NCBI GenBank assembly: GCA_001643675.2 | Contig: LSRY02000047.1 | Coordinates: 310,001-374,000 of the forward strand | Direction: 5' to 3' | DNA length: 64,000 bases | Origin: Monocercomonoides exilis PA203 | Lineage: Eukaryota; Protista; Preaxostyla | Shown here: positions 46,301 to 58,324 of the stretch, in pieces | How positions within the stretch are numbered: the stretch's first letter is position 1 | Layout of the letters: each line of letters begins with the position of its first letter | Notes under the pieces: model-generated | Told to the model about the DNA's origin: nothing | Database searches by the model: none | What the model saw: only the letters and a program-made list of their open reading frames with translations | Translations under genes and position numbers: made by a program

Positions 46301-49300
46301 TCGTGAAACTGACTGAAAGTGAAGACGAGTGGACGAGAACGGAAAAGGGTGGCGAAGTCTGTTGACAGAAAAGACAAGAGCGAACGGAATTTTGAGTGAG
46401 CTTCAGTTAAATGGGAACAAACAGGAAATGAAGAAGAGGAGGAGGATGAGAAGGATGATGATAAAGCAGAAGAAGAAGAAGAAGAAAGAGAAGAAGAATA
46501 ACCTTTCCCCATCTTCAAACTTCTTTCTTCCTCGCGTCTTCTCACCAGATGCTTCACATGCGTAAACAGCCTGTGTATTTCCAGCTTCTCTTTCCTCTTT
46601 CGAAACTCCTCTTTCTCCGCCAGCTCCAGCTCAGGGCAATCTTCCTTCATTCGCACGCTCTCAATCGTCTGCGAGTCGTTTGAGCTGCCTTCGCTGCTTC
46701 GATATGTGCTTCCGGAAAAGCTCGATTCTTGTGTAAAGTGAGAATTCCGCTGTGTTCCTTGGCTTTTCGTGTCTAATTGTGAATATGATGACTTTTTGTC
46801 TGCTTCTGTATTTGCTTCTCTTTCCCTTTCCCTTTCTCCTCTTTCTCCTCTTTCTCCTTTTTCTCCTCTTTCTCCTTCTCCTTCTTCCATTCTCCCTTTC
46901 ATCATACGCTCCCTTTCTCCAACTCCACATGCATTCCTTCCAGACTGATAACTCACACTTGATCTATCTGTCATCGCAAACTCTTCTTTCTCACAAATTG
47001 TGTTGTCATTTTCATAGCCATTTCCATTTCCTTCACCTTCGCCTTCATCTTCGTCTAATACTTGTCGTGTGCTGAGTTCAATCCAATCGTCCAGTTGAGA
47101 ACACAGCTGCTTCATCGTCATTGGGCCGGCGACGGTTGAGAGAGGAAGCTCAGATTCTGTGATGTTCTGCTTGGTGAAGGTGGGGAAGGATGAGGAAGAA
47201 GAAGAGGAAGAAGAAGAAGATGATGATGATGATGATGGAGTGGAAGAAGAGGAAGAGGTGGAAGAAGAAAAAGATGCTGCTGTTGTTGATGTTGGTAATT
47301 CCGATGGAGGAGTTTGACGTAATGAATCTATTTGAGGTGAAGAAAAATGAAGTTGTTCTGAAGTATTGTTTGACGAACCTGCCTCTTCTTTCTTCATTTG
47401 CACTTCTCCATTTTCCTCATTATTTTCCTTAAGAATTTCTGGTTTTGTTACGTTTTCGTTGTTTTGCTTGATTTCTGATGGAATTTCTTTTTTTGTTCCA
47501 CTTTCATCTGATTCAACTGTTGAATAGACTTGTTTGTCTGTTGAGACACTTGATTTCTCTTCTTTCTCGTTTGTATCCTTCTTTATTACTTCTTCATTAT
47601 TCTTCTCTTCTTCTTCTTCTTTCATTTCTTCATCTTTCATTTCCTCTTTCTCCTCCTGCTTCTCCTTTTGCTTTGCCTCTTCCTTCGCCTCTTCCTCTTC
47701 CTCTTCCTCCTTCTTTTTCTCTTTCTCTTCTTTCTCCTCTTTCTCCTTCTCTTCCTCTTTCCCCTCCTCTTCCTCTTCCTCATCCACCTCTGCAGTCAGC
47801 AACGCCACTCTCAAAAACGTCTCCAGCCTTTCCTTCTCTTCCCGTGCTGTTTCTTTCTCATCTCCCAATTTTTCAATGCGACCAACAAAATTCTGAGTCA
47901 ATTTGCCTGTTTCCTTCGAAAGCGCCTTGAAAATCTTGGCAAAAAGAGGAAGAAGACGCGAAAGAGGGATGGGGATTGGGGAGAAGAGAAGAGAAGAAGA
48001 GGAAGAATAGGAGGAGGAAGAAGAAGAGGAAGAAGAAGAGGAAGAAGAAGAGGAAGAAGAAGGATAATTATGTTGATAAGGTAATCTTGAAATGAAGACA
48101 GAAGAAGCAAGGGAAGGAGCAGGAGAGCGAATGATTGCTTGAGAAGGCGAAGAAACAGACATAAACGAAGCAATTGAGGAAGGTTTGGTGAAATGTGGAG
48201 AAGTTTGAGGGAGGAAAAGAGAAGAAGAAGAGGAGGAGGAGGAAGAAGAAGAAGAAGATTGAGGTGAAGAAGAAGAAGAGGAAAAAGAGGAGGAAGAGGA
48301 AGAAGAGGAGGAAGAAGATGTTATTGGTGAAGATGATTGAAGATGTTGTGAAGTGATTTCTGATGTGGAAGAAGAAGAAGAAGAAGAAGAAGAAGAAGAA
48401 GAAACAGAAGCAGAAGGAGAGGAAGAATTTAATCCAATCGATGATATGTTAACAGAAGAATTAGCAGCTGATGTGTTTGAATGAATATTTGTTGAAGCCA
48501 TCTTTCGAGGAAGGGTTGTAAGAAGAGAACGTGAAATGAAGCGGAAGAAGAAAGAATGGAAAAGAGTTGCGTGTTCGTTGAGAAACAGCTCGGAGAAGGT
48601 GAAGCGGAGGTAGGAGAGAAGAGGAGGAGGAGGAGGAGGAGGAAGAGAAGAATGAGGAAAAGGAGAAGAAGAAGAAGAAGAAAGAGGATGAGGTTGAGAA
48701 TGGTAAAGGGAATGAGGTGGTTGAATTGATGAGGAGGAGGAAGAAGAAGAAGAAAGAGAAGAAGAAGAAGAAGAAGAAGAAGAAGAAGAAGAAGAAGAAG
48801 AAGAAGAAGAAGAAGAAGAAGAAGAAGAAGAAGAAGAAGAAAGAGGAGGAGAAGAAGAAGCAGAAGAAGAAGTATTATTGTTATTGTTATTTATGCTGTT
48901 CTGATCGAATTGTCGAAGGGAGTTGAGAAGGAGGGAATAAAAATGCATGTGAATGTGAAGGAGCATCAGATGGAATGCGCTGAGAGTGAGAAAAGGAAGC
49001 TCTTCTTGAAGAAAATGAGAAGAAGAAGAGGAGGAGGAGGAGGAGGAAGAAGAAGAGGAAGAAGAAGTTAAAGTTATTTGACTTGAAGGTGTTAGAGGCA
49101 TCGGAACAGAAGAAGAGGAAGAGAAAGTAGAAGCAGCTGGAAGCAATTTACTTGGCAAATTTGAAGAATTCGGTGAATTTTCTATTAAATTCATTTTTTG
49201 TGTATTGTTTTGACTCATTTTCTGTTCAGAAGCAGTCAAAGAAACATTAAAACGAGGCGCAGGAAAAGGTTTTAATTGACAAGAATCGCTTTCTTCTTCA

Positions 49301-52300
49301 CTTGTTTCTTCATTTTCATTGAAATTTCTTCTTCTCTTTTGAATTTTCTTGCTTTTCCTGCTTTTCTCGCTTTTTTTCTCGCTTCTTTTCCCACTTCTTC
49401 TGCTTTTATTAGCAAGATCATCATCATCATCATCATCATATTCTTCTTCTTCTTCTTCATTGTTATTATTGAATGGACTATCAAACATAGCAGAAGTTGG
49501 AGTTTTAGGTGTTTTAGGCGATTTTGGTGAAAAAGGCGAATAAAAAGAAGAAGAATAAGGCGATGTTGGAATTGCTCCTCCTTCACTGTCATATTCTTCC
49601 GAACTCAAATTATTGTCCCTCTTCCTTCTTCTTTCTCTTTCTCTTTCTCTTTCTTTCTTTCTTTCTCTTTCTCTTTCCTTTCTCTTCCTTCTTTCTCCTT
49701 CTTTTCTCTTCCTCTGAACTTCTATGTTTTCCCTCGCTTTCTTCACTTCGTTCATCAAATGTATTCGACTTATCAAATTCACCAACACATCCAAAACACT
49801 CACAATTCTTTTCAAAAGCCGTTTGGCGCTGTTTCGCGCTTCCAAATTAAGCATCGCAGCGAAAATTCCGCTGGCTGCCTCGTTTTGCTGCTTCAGCCAT
49901 ATCTCCTGGGCAGTTGCGGAATAAAGAGAAAGAGATTTGCTGTAGATGTGTTCGAGAGAAGAAGAGGAGGAGGAAGAGGAAGAAGATGACGAAGAAGATG
50001 ATGATGAGGATGAAGGGGAAGAAGAGAGGGAAGAAGGGGAAGAAGAAGAAGAGCGAGTGTGTAATGTATTTTGAGGTGATTTTTGAGGAAGAATTTCTTT
50101 TGAATGAGAAACAGAAGAAGAAGAAGAAGAAGAAGAAGTTGATGATGATGATGAAGATGATGATGAAGCTGAATGAACATAATTTGTGTTATGATTGTTG
50201 CTGTTGTTGATTTTAGCAAATGACACGAGATATTTGCAAAGTGACACTAAAAATGGCGAAATTACATGTTTTTGGTGAGTTAACCATTTTCTCGTTGTTT
50301 TGCGCATTTCAATCGCTTCTTTTCCTCTTTTTTCGTTTTCTTCTTCTCCTTCTTCTTCTCCTTCTTTTCCTTCTTTCTCTTTCTCTCCTTCTTCTTTTTC
50401 TTCTCTTTTCCCTTTCTCCCTCCCTCTCCTCCTCTCCTCCACATTCATAATTTCTCCGCTCCACCAATTAATTTCTCCGATCGTTTCTTTGTTTCTCTCT
50501 CTGTTTATTTTCTGCTGCGAAAGAAGAAGAAAATGTCTGTGAATGAGCAAGGCGCCTGTAACAATCAGTTTTCGTGTCAAAAGCGAAGAAATCTCACAAA
50601 ACTTGTCTAAAAATGTGGGTTTGGAGAAAGAAGAGGAGGAGGAGGAGGAAAGGGGGAAAGAAGAAGAAAAGAGAGAAGAAGAAGGGAAATAAGAAGAGGA
50701 GGAGGAGGAATATGGTTGAATCAAAAATGGATGTTGTTGATGTGACTGAATATTTGTGTATGAAGAATGAAATGAAGGAGTGCGAAATGAAGAAGAGGAG
50801 GAGGAAGAAGAGAAAGAAGAGGAAGAGGAAGAAGAAGAAGAAGAAGAAGGAAATGTTGGAATTGGTTGAGATGAAGTGTTCTGAAACAGCAATTCGGATG
50901 AATTGAAAGGATGAGAAGAAGAAGAAGCAGAAGAAGAGGAGGAAGAAGAAGAAGAAGAAGAGGAAGAGGAAGAGGAAGACGCAGAAGAAGCAGAAGAAGA
51001 ATTGACAATATTTGAAGCTTGCACATTTTTTATCGAGTCTGACTGCATCTGTCCAGCAGATTGGTGAAATGGCAGTAAATTTTGCTGCATTTGTGGTATT
51101 TTCTCTATTTTCTCTGTTTGCTCTAATTTCAATGAATTTATTGAATTTGATGCATTTTGTGCTTCAATTGGCTGAAGTGATTGTGATTTGTCTGAACATT
51201 CAGAAAAGAGAGAGTGAATTTCATTCAACTGAGCAGTGGCATTGCGGGCAGTATATATCAGCTGCTTTTGAAGAAAAATGTCATCAGCTCGGAAAAATGA
51301 AGAAGAAGGAGAAGAAATAGAGGAAGAAGAAGAGGAGGAGGAAAGGAAAGAAGAAGAACTTTTTGAATGTTTTATTTGTGAAGGAGAAGTGAAATGTGTT
51401 GTTTCTGAAGCTGATTGCTTCGGATGAGTACGAGGTTGAAGGGAAATGGAAGGGGAAAATGAAGATGAAGGTGAATGAGATGGAGAATGAATATCTTGAT
51501 GAAAAGTTGATTGATTAAAATAAAGAGAGATGTTAAAAGAAAGTGCGAGGAATATTGCTTGGCCTTTGTCTTGGAGCGATTCAAGGCAAAGACTGTTACT
51601 TTGTTCTGATTCTTCTTTGGCACTTTCAACTGGTGGTGTGTCGAAAAACAATTGAATTTCGTCCAATGTCATTGACTGAAAGAAGTAATGGCAGTTCTTT
51701 TGGAATAAATAAAAAACCTTTCGAAGGGAATATTTGGTTGTCTCTGAACGTTTTTGAAAAGAGTTTGCAAGAATTGCAACTAGTTGAGTGATTGTAAATG
51801 GAATTTTTACCGTGTTTGAGCTCTTATCCGAATCTTGGGCCAATTTATCTTGAATCCAAAGAAGAAGCGCTTCAATTCCATTTCGCCCCTCAAAAACTAA
51901 TGATGAAAGAGTCAGCTTTTCAAATAATTGCCACAGAAGAGATTCTTCCGCGCCTTCTTTTTCTTTCACAATTGAAACAGCTATTTCATGTGCCTGGGAT
52001 TGTGAAAATAATTTTGAATCCTTCAGACATCTTTCCATTTGAGAAATTTTCCCAAACTGTCTCAGATTACTAGATCTATGGTGAGACTGATAAAATGTCC
52101 CGTGTTGCTCCAAAAATCGATCGAAAATAGCAGGAAGAATCCATGTTCCATCTTGTTTCATTGAAAGTGAAGGCAAAAAAGTTACAAATGGATTGTTCTC
52201 TTTTGATAATTTAATTTTTGAAACTGACAGGCGGCTATTCCCTGATAAAATCGATTTTTGTTCAGTCTTGCTTGACAATGAATTTATCGTTCGTTTTTGA

Positions 52301-52608
52301 AGTTTTGTTTCTTCATCTAAATTCCATTTATGTAAGGCAGAATCCAAAAAAGAAGTATTATCGCTTTCATCATCAATTTCTAAAGCAAATGATTCGTTTT
52401 GAATTGGTTCGTTTTCTGGATATCGAAGTACAAAATGCACCCATTCAAGAAGAAGATTTTTAAACGCATTTTGAAGCTTCTGGCTCATGAATCCAACTTC
52501 AAAAAATGCGAATTTTTATTAAAAATAATAATGGGTTTCTCAACATCAACGACATGTTATGAATAGTCCACCAAAAGCGAGGAAATGATACAAAGATAGG
52601 ATGAACAT
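31378..52608 (-). CDS. Giant hypothetical protein (7036-aa ORF; ~7057 aa with a predicted 55-nt first exon), helical blocks separated by Ser- and Glu/Lys-rich low-complexity linkers
   Basis: Uninterrupted 21.1-kb ORF 31378..52488. A putative exon 52608-52554 plus a 57-nt GT-AG intron (52553-52497) adds the hydrophobic leader MFILSLYHFLAFGGLFITFGF in frame (lower confidence). No domain recognised. Confidence 0.85.
48758..48841 (+). repeat. (GAA)~28 tract encoding poly-Ser on the minus strand
   Basis: Directly visible inside the giant ORF. Confidence 0.93.
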
Positions 52609-52731
52609 TCATATCTCAAAAAAATTAATCAATTGGAAAATATTGAAAATAAAATTCAACGGCATCAATAACAAAACATATGATTAAACTTCTTAGCTTT
52701 AAAAAAAAAACTGTTCTCAAAACATTTTCAG

Positions 52732-54168
52732 TTAATATGCAACATCACGATGTTGCCTATAATCTGGCATTGGAGCGGAAAGATCGTCACGTGCTTGTGG
52801 TTTCTGAATAATTGAATGATTCAAATTATTAGACAAATATCAAACAGATAAAAAATGAAAGTATTTCATAAATTTCAATAAAAGTAAAAAGTGTGTAGAA
52901 AAAAATTAAAAACACAAATATTAATATACAAATACATATAAATAAATTTTTTGTTTTGAAAATAGAAAAATAAAAATGTTTGTAAAGCACACTTGTTTGC
53001 AAGCCATGCAAGCAGAAATCATGACTAAGAATAAGAAGATAACAATAATAAAGGCAATAGCTACAACAATGCTGAGCCATCCGCCAAGCATATCCTTCAT
53101 GTATTTAATGATAGTTGAAAATGTCACGTTGGACATGCATTTTGCTTTTTCGGCATCGTCTTTGATGAGCCCGCAGAGATTTTCCTGAAGTGCCACTTGC
53201 ATTTCTAAGCATGTCTTCTGATTGTCACCTGAGCACATGTTATCCAAGACCTTGAAGACGGCTGTCTGTGCAGCTATGCCCACAATGCCCACAGCAAGGA
53301 ATGCAATAAACAGAATAATAACACCAATCAAGTAGATAAACAAGAGGCATCGTGACTTGTGCCCACAGCATGCGGAGATTAAACCAAATAATCCCCAAAG
53401 AAGCAACAAAGCACCAACAACGATAACTACAACGAATACAGGGGTTCCTATTGTAACTGTTGAAAACTTGGTTCCAGATGCAACTAAAAATCCACTTAAT
53501 CCTGCAATAACTATTCCGACAACGAACATCACAATTGATCCTGCAGCGATAAAGAACTTGAAAAATAGTTGATACCCCATATGGAACGATGTGACAATCA
53601 GTACAAAAAAGATCACTCCACCAATCACACAGCACACAACACCAACAGTCGTAACTGAAGTAATTATTGTCTTGACAAATTTGTTAACATCTGCGAGATC
53701 AGCTTTTGATATTCCAGAAAAAATCTTCACAATCTGATCTTTGCTTTGTGTCATGATCCATTCGATCGTTGGTTTAATGCATATGCAAGCAATTCCCAAA
53801 ATAACAAAGACAATGCACAATACCATCATCACAATGAAGAAAAGAACTATGCAAAAAGTATATTTTCCTTTCTCACGTGGGTTATATGCAGCACCCAAAA
53901 ATCCACAAACTGAAACTCCCAATCCTAGAACACCAAATATTATAACTCCTACACCAAATGCAGCAAATCCTTTCATATTCACTGTTGCAATAATTCCAAT
54001 GATTGTTGCAGCAAGGAATAAAAGCATTAATACGATGGAAATAATCCTCAAAAATATTTTCGTGCACTTATTAGCTATATGGTAAAATAACAAAAATCAA
54101 ATTGAAAAATACACGTAAAATAAGTAGTTCAAATATTTGTGATAAATTATCACTTGCAAACCAGCCAT
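52732..54168 (-). CDS. Tandem (8-TM) tetraspanin-like membrane protein (~386 aa, 3 exons)
   Basis: Exons 54168-54162, 54074-52993, 52803-52732 join in frame. Two units, each with 3 TMs, a large loop and 1 TM. Tetraspanin-like TM2/TM3 motifs GVSVCGFLGAAY and GLFGLISACCGHKSRCLLFIY. Confidence 0.78.
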
Positions 54169-54515
54169 TTGATGAATTCAATTCACAATAGTGAATATAT
54201 GAATATATTCAAATAAAGGGGATTCTTGCCATAATAATGTTAGTGCTTTGTTGTCAGTGTTTATTTATTGAATGAAATTGTTAACATGAATGAAAACAAT
54301 TTTATCAAAATTCACAGCAGTTTTCCAAATCGTTTGCATGACATTTTCTTCCATTCCATTGATCAATATTTTAATTGAATTTGCAGGAATGTGTTTTTTG
54401 CCGGAAATTGCCTAAAATGATATCTTTAGTGTTATCGATAACATAAAGCTGAATAATACTCAAAGATAAATCATCACAAATTTTGATCATAATTTTGCAT
54501 AATAAAAATATTGAA

Positions 54516-55643
54516 ATGGTGTTTGAGAAGATATGTCTCAGCCTGGGAGTATCTGAAAAAGATATTAATGAAGGAACAGCGTTTCGTAAGCATACTCGCA
54601 CTTTCCAGTTGGCTGTTACAACATATCGAATTATTGTTTCAATTTACATGACAACATATATAATTATTGGACTATTTAGTTTGCAACAATAAGTTTCTAT
54701 TTTTTTAAAATATGAATACATTCTTTTTTGTAGGAGATAGATGCACCCTCGAATTTTATACGAATCAAAGTTACTACATCACAGCATTGTACTTTTTCGT
54801 TTGCCTTTTTTTTGTTGTTGTTATTGTTTCTGAAAACGAAGGAATATCAATTTTATATAGGTCATGTCTTCATATGGTTTTGATAAAACGTCAAATGATG
54901 ACTCTTTGACAAGATTTAACAAGCACAATAAAAAACCACAGCAAAGAGAAGGGCTTGTTTATATATTCGCTATTCTTGGTTGTACAGGAAGCGCAACCGC
55001 TACTTTAGGGTACTGGATTTTTCTCTTTAAAGAAGAACCAGAAATTTCCTTTGAAATTTTGTGGTTCGCGATCAATCCACATGGATTTTCGTTGCTTTTG
55101 CTGATGATTGACTTAGTTTTTTTTAATTATGTAACTTTTAAATACATACATATGGTAATTCCACTTGTGTATGTTATATGTTATGCGGCATTTGCATGGC
55201 TTTATTACGCGATCAATCACATGTGTGAATCAATTATATTGATTGCAATTTTTTTTAATATTTAAAAATGTTGAACATTTGAAAATTTTTAAAGTTGGAT
55301 ATATTCATTCCTATCTCCTTCAAACGCCTATTCGCACCTGGCATATCCAACTCTTTTAGTGACTCCTTGCTTTATTTATCTTCTTGTGAAAGTTGTACTT
55401 GATTTGTGCAGAAAGTACATTCCATCTGATTATGTTGAGCAGTTTGGCTCACCTAAGCAAACACAAAATATTTGTGAAGTCGACACTTTGCAACCAAATT
55501 GTTCCCAACAAAAATCAAAAAAAGCTGAGGAAACAGAAATTGCTGATAGCCTCAAAACAAATGTTGCGTTGTCGTCAACTCCTTTTATTGTTGTTTGTGA
55601 AGAAAAAATTGAGGATGATCTCAAAAGTCAACGAGAAATTTGA
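54516..55643 (+). CDS. FAR-17a/AIG1 / rolling-stone-like multi-pass membrane protein (4 exons)
   Basis: Exons 54516-54678, 54734-54798, 54861-55222, 55295-55643 join in phase. Motifs FYTNQS, YW, NPHG and WIYSFL, with about six hydrophobic segments. Confidence 0.72.
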
Positions 55644-56474
55644 TTTATTTAGATTTGTATGTTGTTACAATTACAAGGCATTGCTCTTTCGGTAAATCCA
55701 TCAACTTACCAATTTGCTTGTTGCTGTGGTGGTGGTTATGAAATGATTTGCATTTGCCGCTTGAAAAATGTTGTCATTTTTTACGTGCTTGATTCTTTAT
55801 TAAACTCCTATCTGGGTTGAGCATTAATGTATAAAATCACCTTAATGATTTTTTTTGTTGTTGTTTTATGTAAAAAAAAGAAAAATTATCTGCATTTGAT
55901 GAAATTTTGGTCTTGAAATGTTGCTTGTTCTCATTTATATACTTTGAATTTGAATTTTTTTATTCATCGAAAAACGTCATTTAATTATTTTTTTTTTTGA
56001 CTATCAGAAAGAGTGTATAGTCAATGTATTTCAGTTTATTGTTTTTTCTTTTTTTTCATTATATATTAATATTAAGACTTTATTAGTTGTGTATTAGTTT
56101 CACTCTTTTTCAATGATGTATTCCATTTAGATATGGGATAAAATATTTTGCTTTTTGAATTTTGTTCCACATAATATTTTCAAATCTTTTTCTCATTTTA
56201 ATATTTTTTCTGTAATTGTTTGCATTGTTATTGTTGATTTATAATGAAATGATTGCAGAAAAAGTTTTGAACAAATCTCAGTTTTATTCATAATTGCAAA
56301 ATTTTTGCCCCATATGCTTTGCTGATTTTAACATCTTTTTTAGAATTAGGGTGGTTTTGTATTTCCGGACTTTTTTTTAATCTGAACATTTTTTTATCAG
56401 TATATCTCACTCTTTAAAACCAAAAAATAGAAAAATCATATTGAACCAGATTTGAACACAGATTAAATGTAAAT

Positions 56475-56476
<2 letters not shown>

Positions 56477-56528
<52 letters not shown>
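56477..56528 (+). repeat. 52-nt poly(T) tract (poly(A) on minus strand)
   Basis: Directly visible. Confidence 0.95.
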
Positions 56529-56530
<2 letters not shown>

Positions 56531-57061
56531 CGGAAAAAAAATGAAAAATAATAATAATAATATAAATAAAATTCAGAAATAAAAAAACAATTTTTCTTGA
56601 ACCTTGCTGAATATTTCAATTTTGCACAGCAAATTTGATGCGTTTTCATCCATTTCCTTTTTTCACTATTTATTTGTTATTTCACAAATTAATTGAATGA
56701 TTCTTTTTGATATCACATTTTTCAATTCAAAAATAAAAATTTGAATATTTCCCTTGAATATTAACTAATGAATACTGTAAAATAAAAAGGTTTGTTAAAT
56801 ATATATTCATCAATATTTCTGGTGAAATATTTATTTTTTAAACTATCGTGATAAATTTTGAATTCGAACTCAAAATCTCTTCCCTTCGACAAACAACATT
56901 CGAAAAATCAGTGTCCCGGAAAAAGTTATGATTTCCAAAATAATCACCTATTATATTTGTTATTCATTTTGAAAAGTTGCAAATGTTTCATATCTCGGTC
57001 AAAAATTGTACCTTGTTTGATAATTTTACACCATTAATTGTTCAAATTTTGTGAACTGGTT

Positions 57062-57335
57062 AGGGGGAAAATACGGACTTTCAAGTTTTTTTTGCACAAG
57101 GCATTGAAAAATTACTTCACTCATAACTTTATTACGCAAACTCAGATTTCAAAAAATTTTTGATTTTCATATCCATAAACATGCATCATTGAAATAAAAA
57201 CACAAAGTTTTGTGGCATTTCACGAATGTCAAAAAATAAACCCATTTTAATTGTGTTTTTTTGATCTCAAAAAGTTTTTTAAAAGTGCATGATTTTTCAA
57301 TGAAAATGCCTGAAGTGAAATATTTTACCCCATTT
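57062..57335 (+). repeat. Dispersed AT-rich repeat module, copy 2 (paralog of ~1630-1905)
   Basis: Same blocks in the same order as copy 1, e.g. atttttcaatgaaaatgcctgaagt and tcaaaaaataaacccattt. Confidence 0.88.
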
Positions 57336-57507
57336 AGAATTTGGATTTTAACATCATTTGTTATTCAAATTTGGTGAGCTTCTTTTGCAAAATAAATCAA
57401 AAATAAGAATATTTCGGAAAATAAATATTTTGTGATAAATTGGTTTTTGGCTGATTTTTAGAAAGTGATGAAATTATTATATTGTGTAATTATTCGTGAA
57501 AAGGAAG

Positions 57508-57640
57508 AGAAATCGAACCCAGATGTTTATTATTTGTCAATTAACATGAAATTTTCTGATTTTTCAGTAAAAAAATCATCATCATGGAAATCTAACAATT
57601 TTTAATATTATTTCTGTCACATTGTTTGATTACACATTAT
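57508..57640 (+). repeat. Repeat module similar to ~989-1120 (left arm of the second inverted repeat)
   Basis: aaatcgaaccca..tattatttgt...aaaaatcatcatcatggaaat...tcacattgttt.atta versus aaatcgaatcca..tattatttgt...aaaaatcatcgccatggagat...tcacattgttt.atta. Confidence 0.7.
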
Positions 57641-58324
57641 ACAATCAAAATATATTATTTCCATCAATACAAGATGCAGTATACATAAACTTTTTTCAAT
57701 TGAATAATTCTATTTATGCGCTTTCAGAATTCTTCATTTGTTTATTGTTGAACTTTTGAATACGGGTGATTTATTTTTGTACTCATAACTTTTTTAGGAG
57801 TGTTAATTTATCAAAGGTTTTTATTTTTTGGTGTGGAGTTTTTAATTTAAATGTTTAAAGAATCAAAGTTGCTTAAAAAATAACGATGTTTGAGATGAAC
57901 ACATGAAAAAAACATCAATCAACTCTGTGATTTCTTTTCATTGTTCATTCATTAATATTCAACACAAATCTTCGAACCTAAATTTTAGAGAGTAATAAGT
58001 TATGAGTCCAAAATAAATCATCCAAATTTAAAAATATCTTTGAATTCCAGAAAAAGGTCACAATAACTCAAAATAGTTTTGATACAATAAACTTTTATGA
58101 ATTGATTGCAATGACTTTCACATACATATAATTGTAAGAATTATTAAAAAAATATGAAAAAGTTGTAATCATTACATACATTCAAAAAGAAAACAAGACA
58201 AATCAATGAAAAGATACTTCAGAAAGGTGAGATCAAAATAAAAGAAAGTTTGAAATGATCAAAAACAGATATTCGAACATACAAAAAAAACAACATATAT
58301 ATTTTCGTATTTACATAATAAAAA

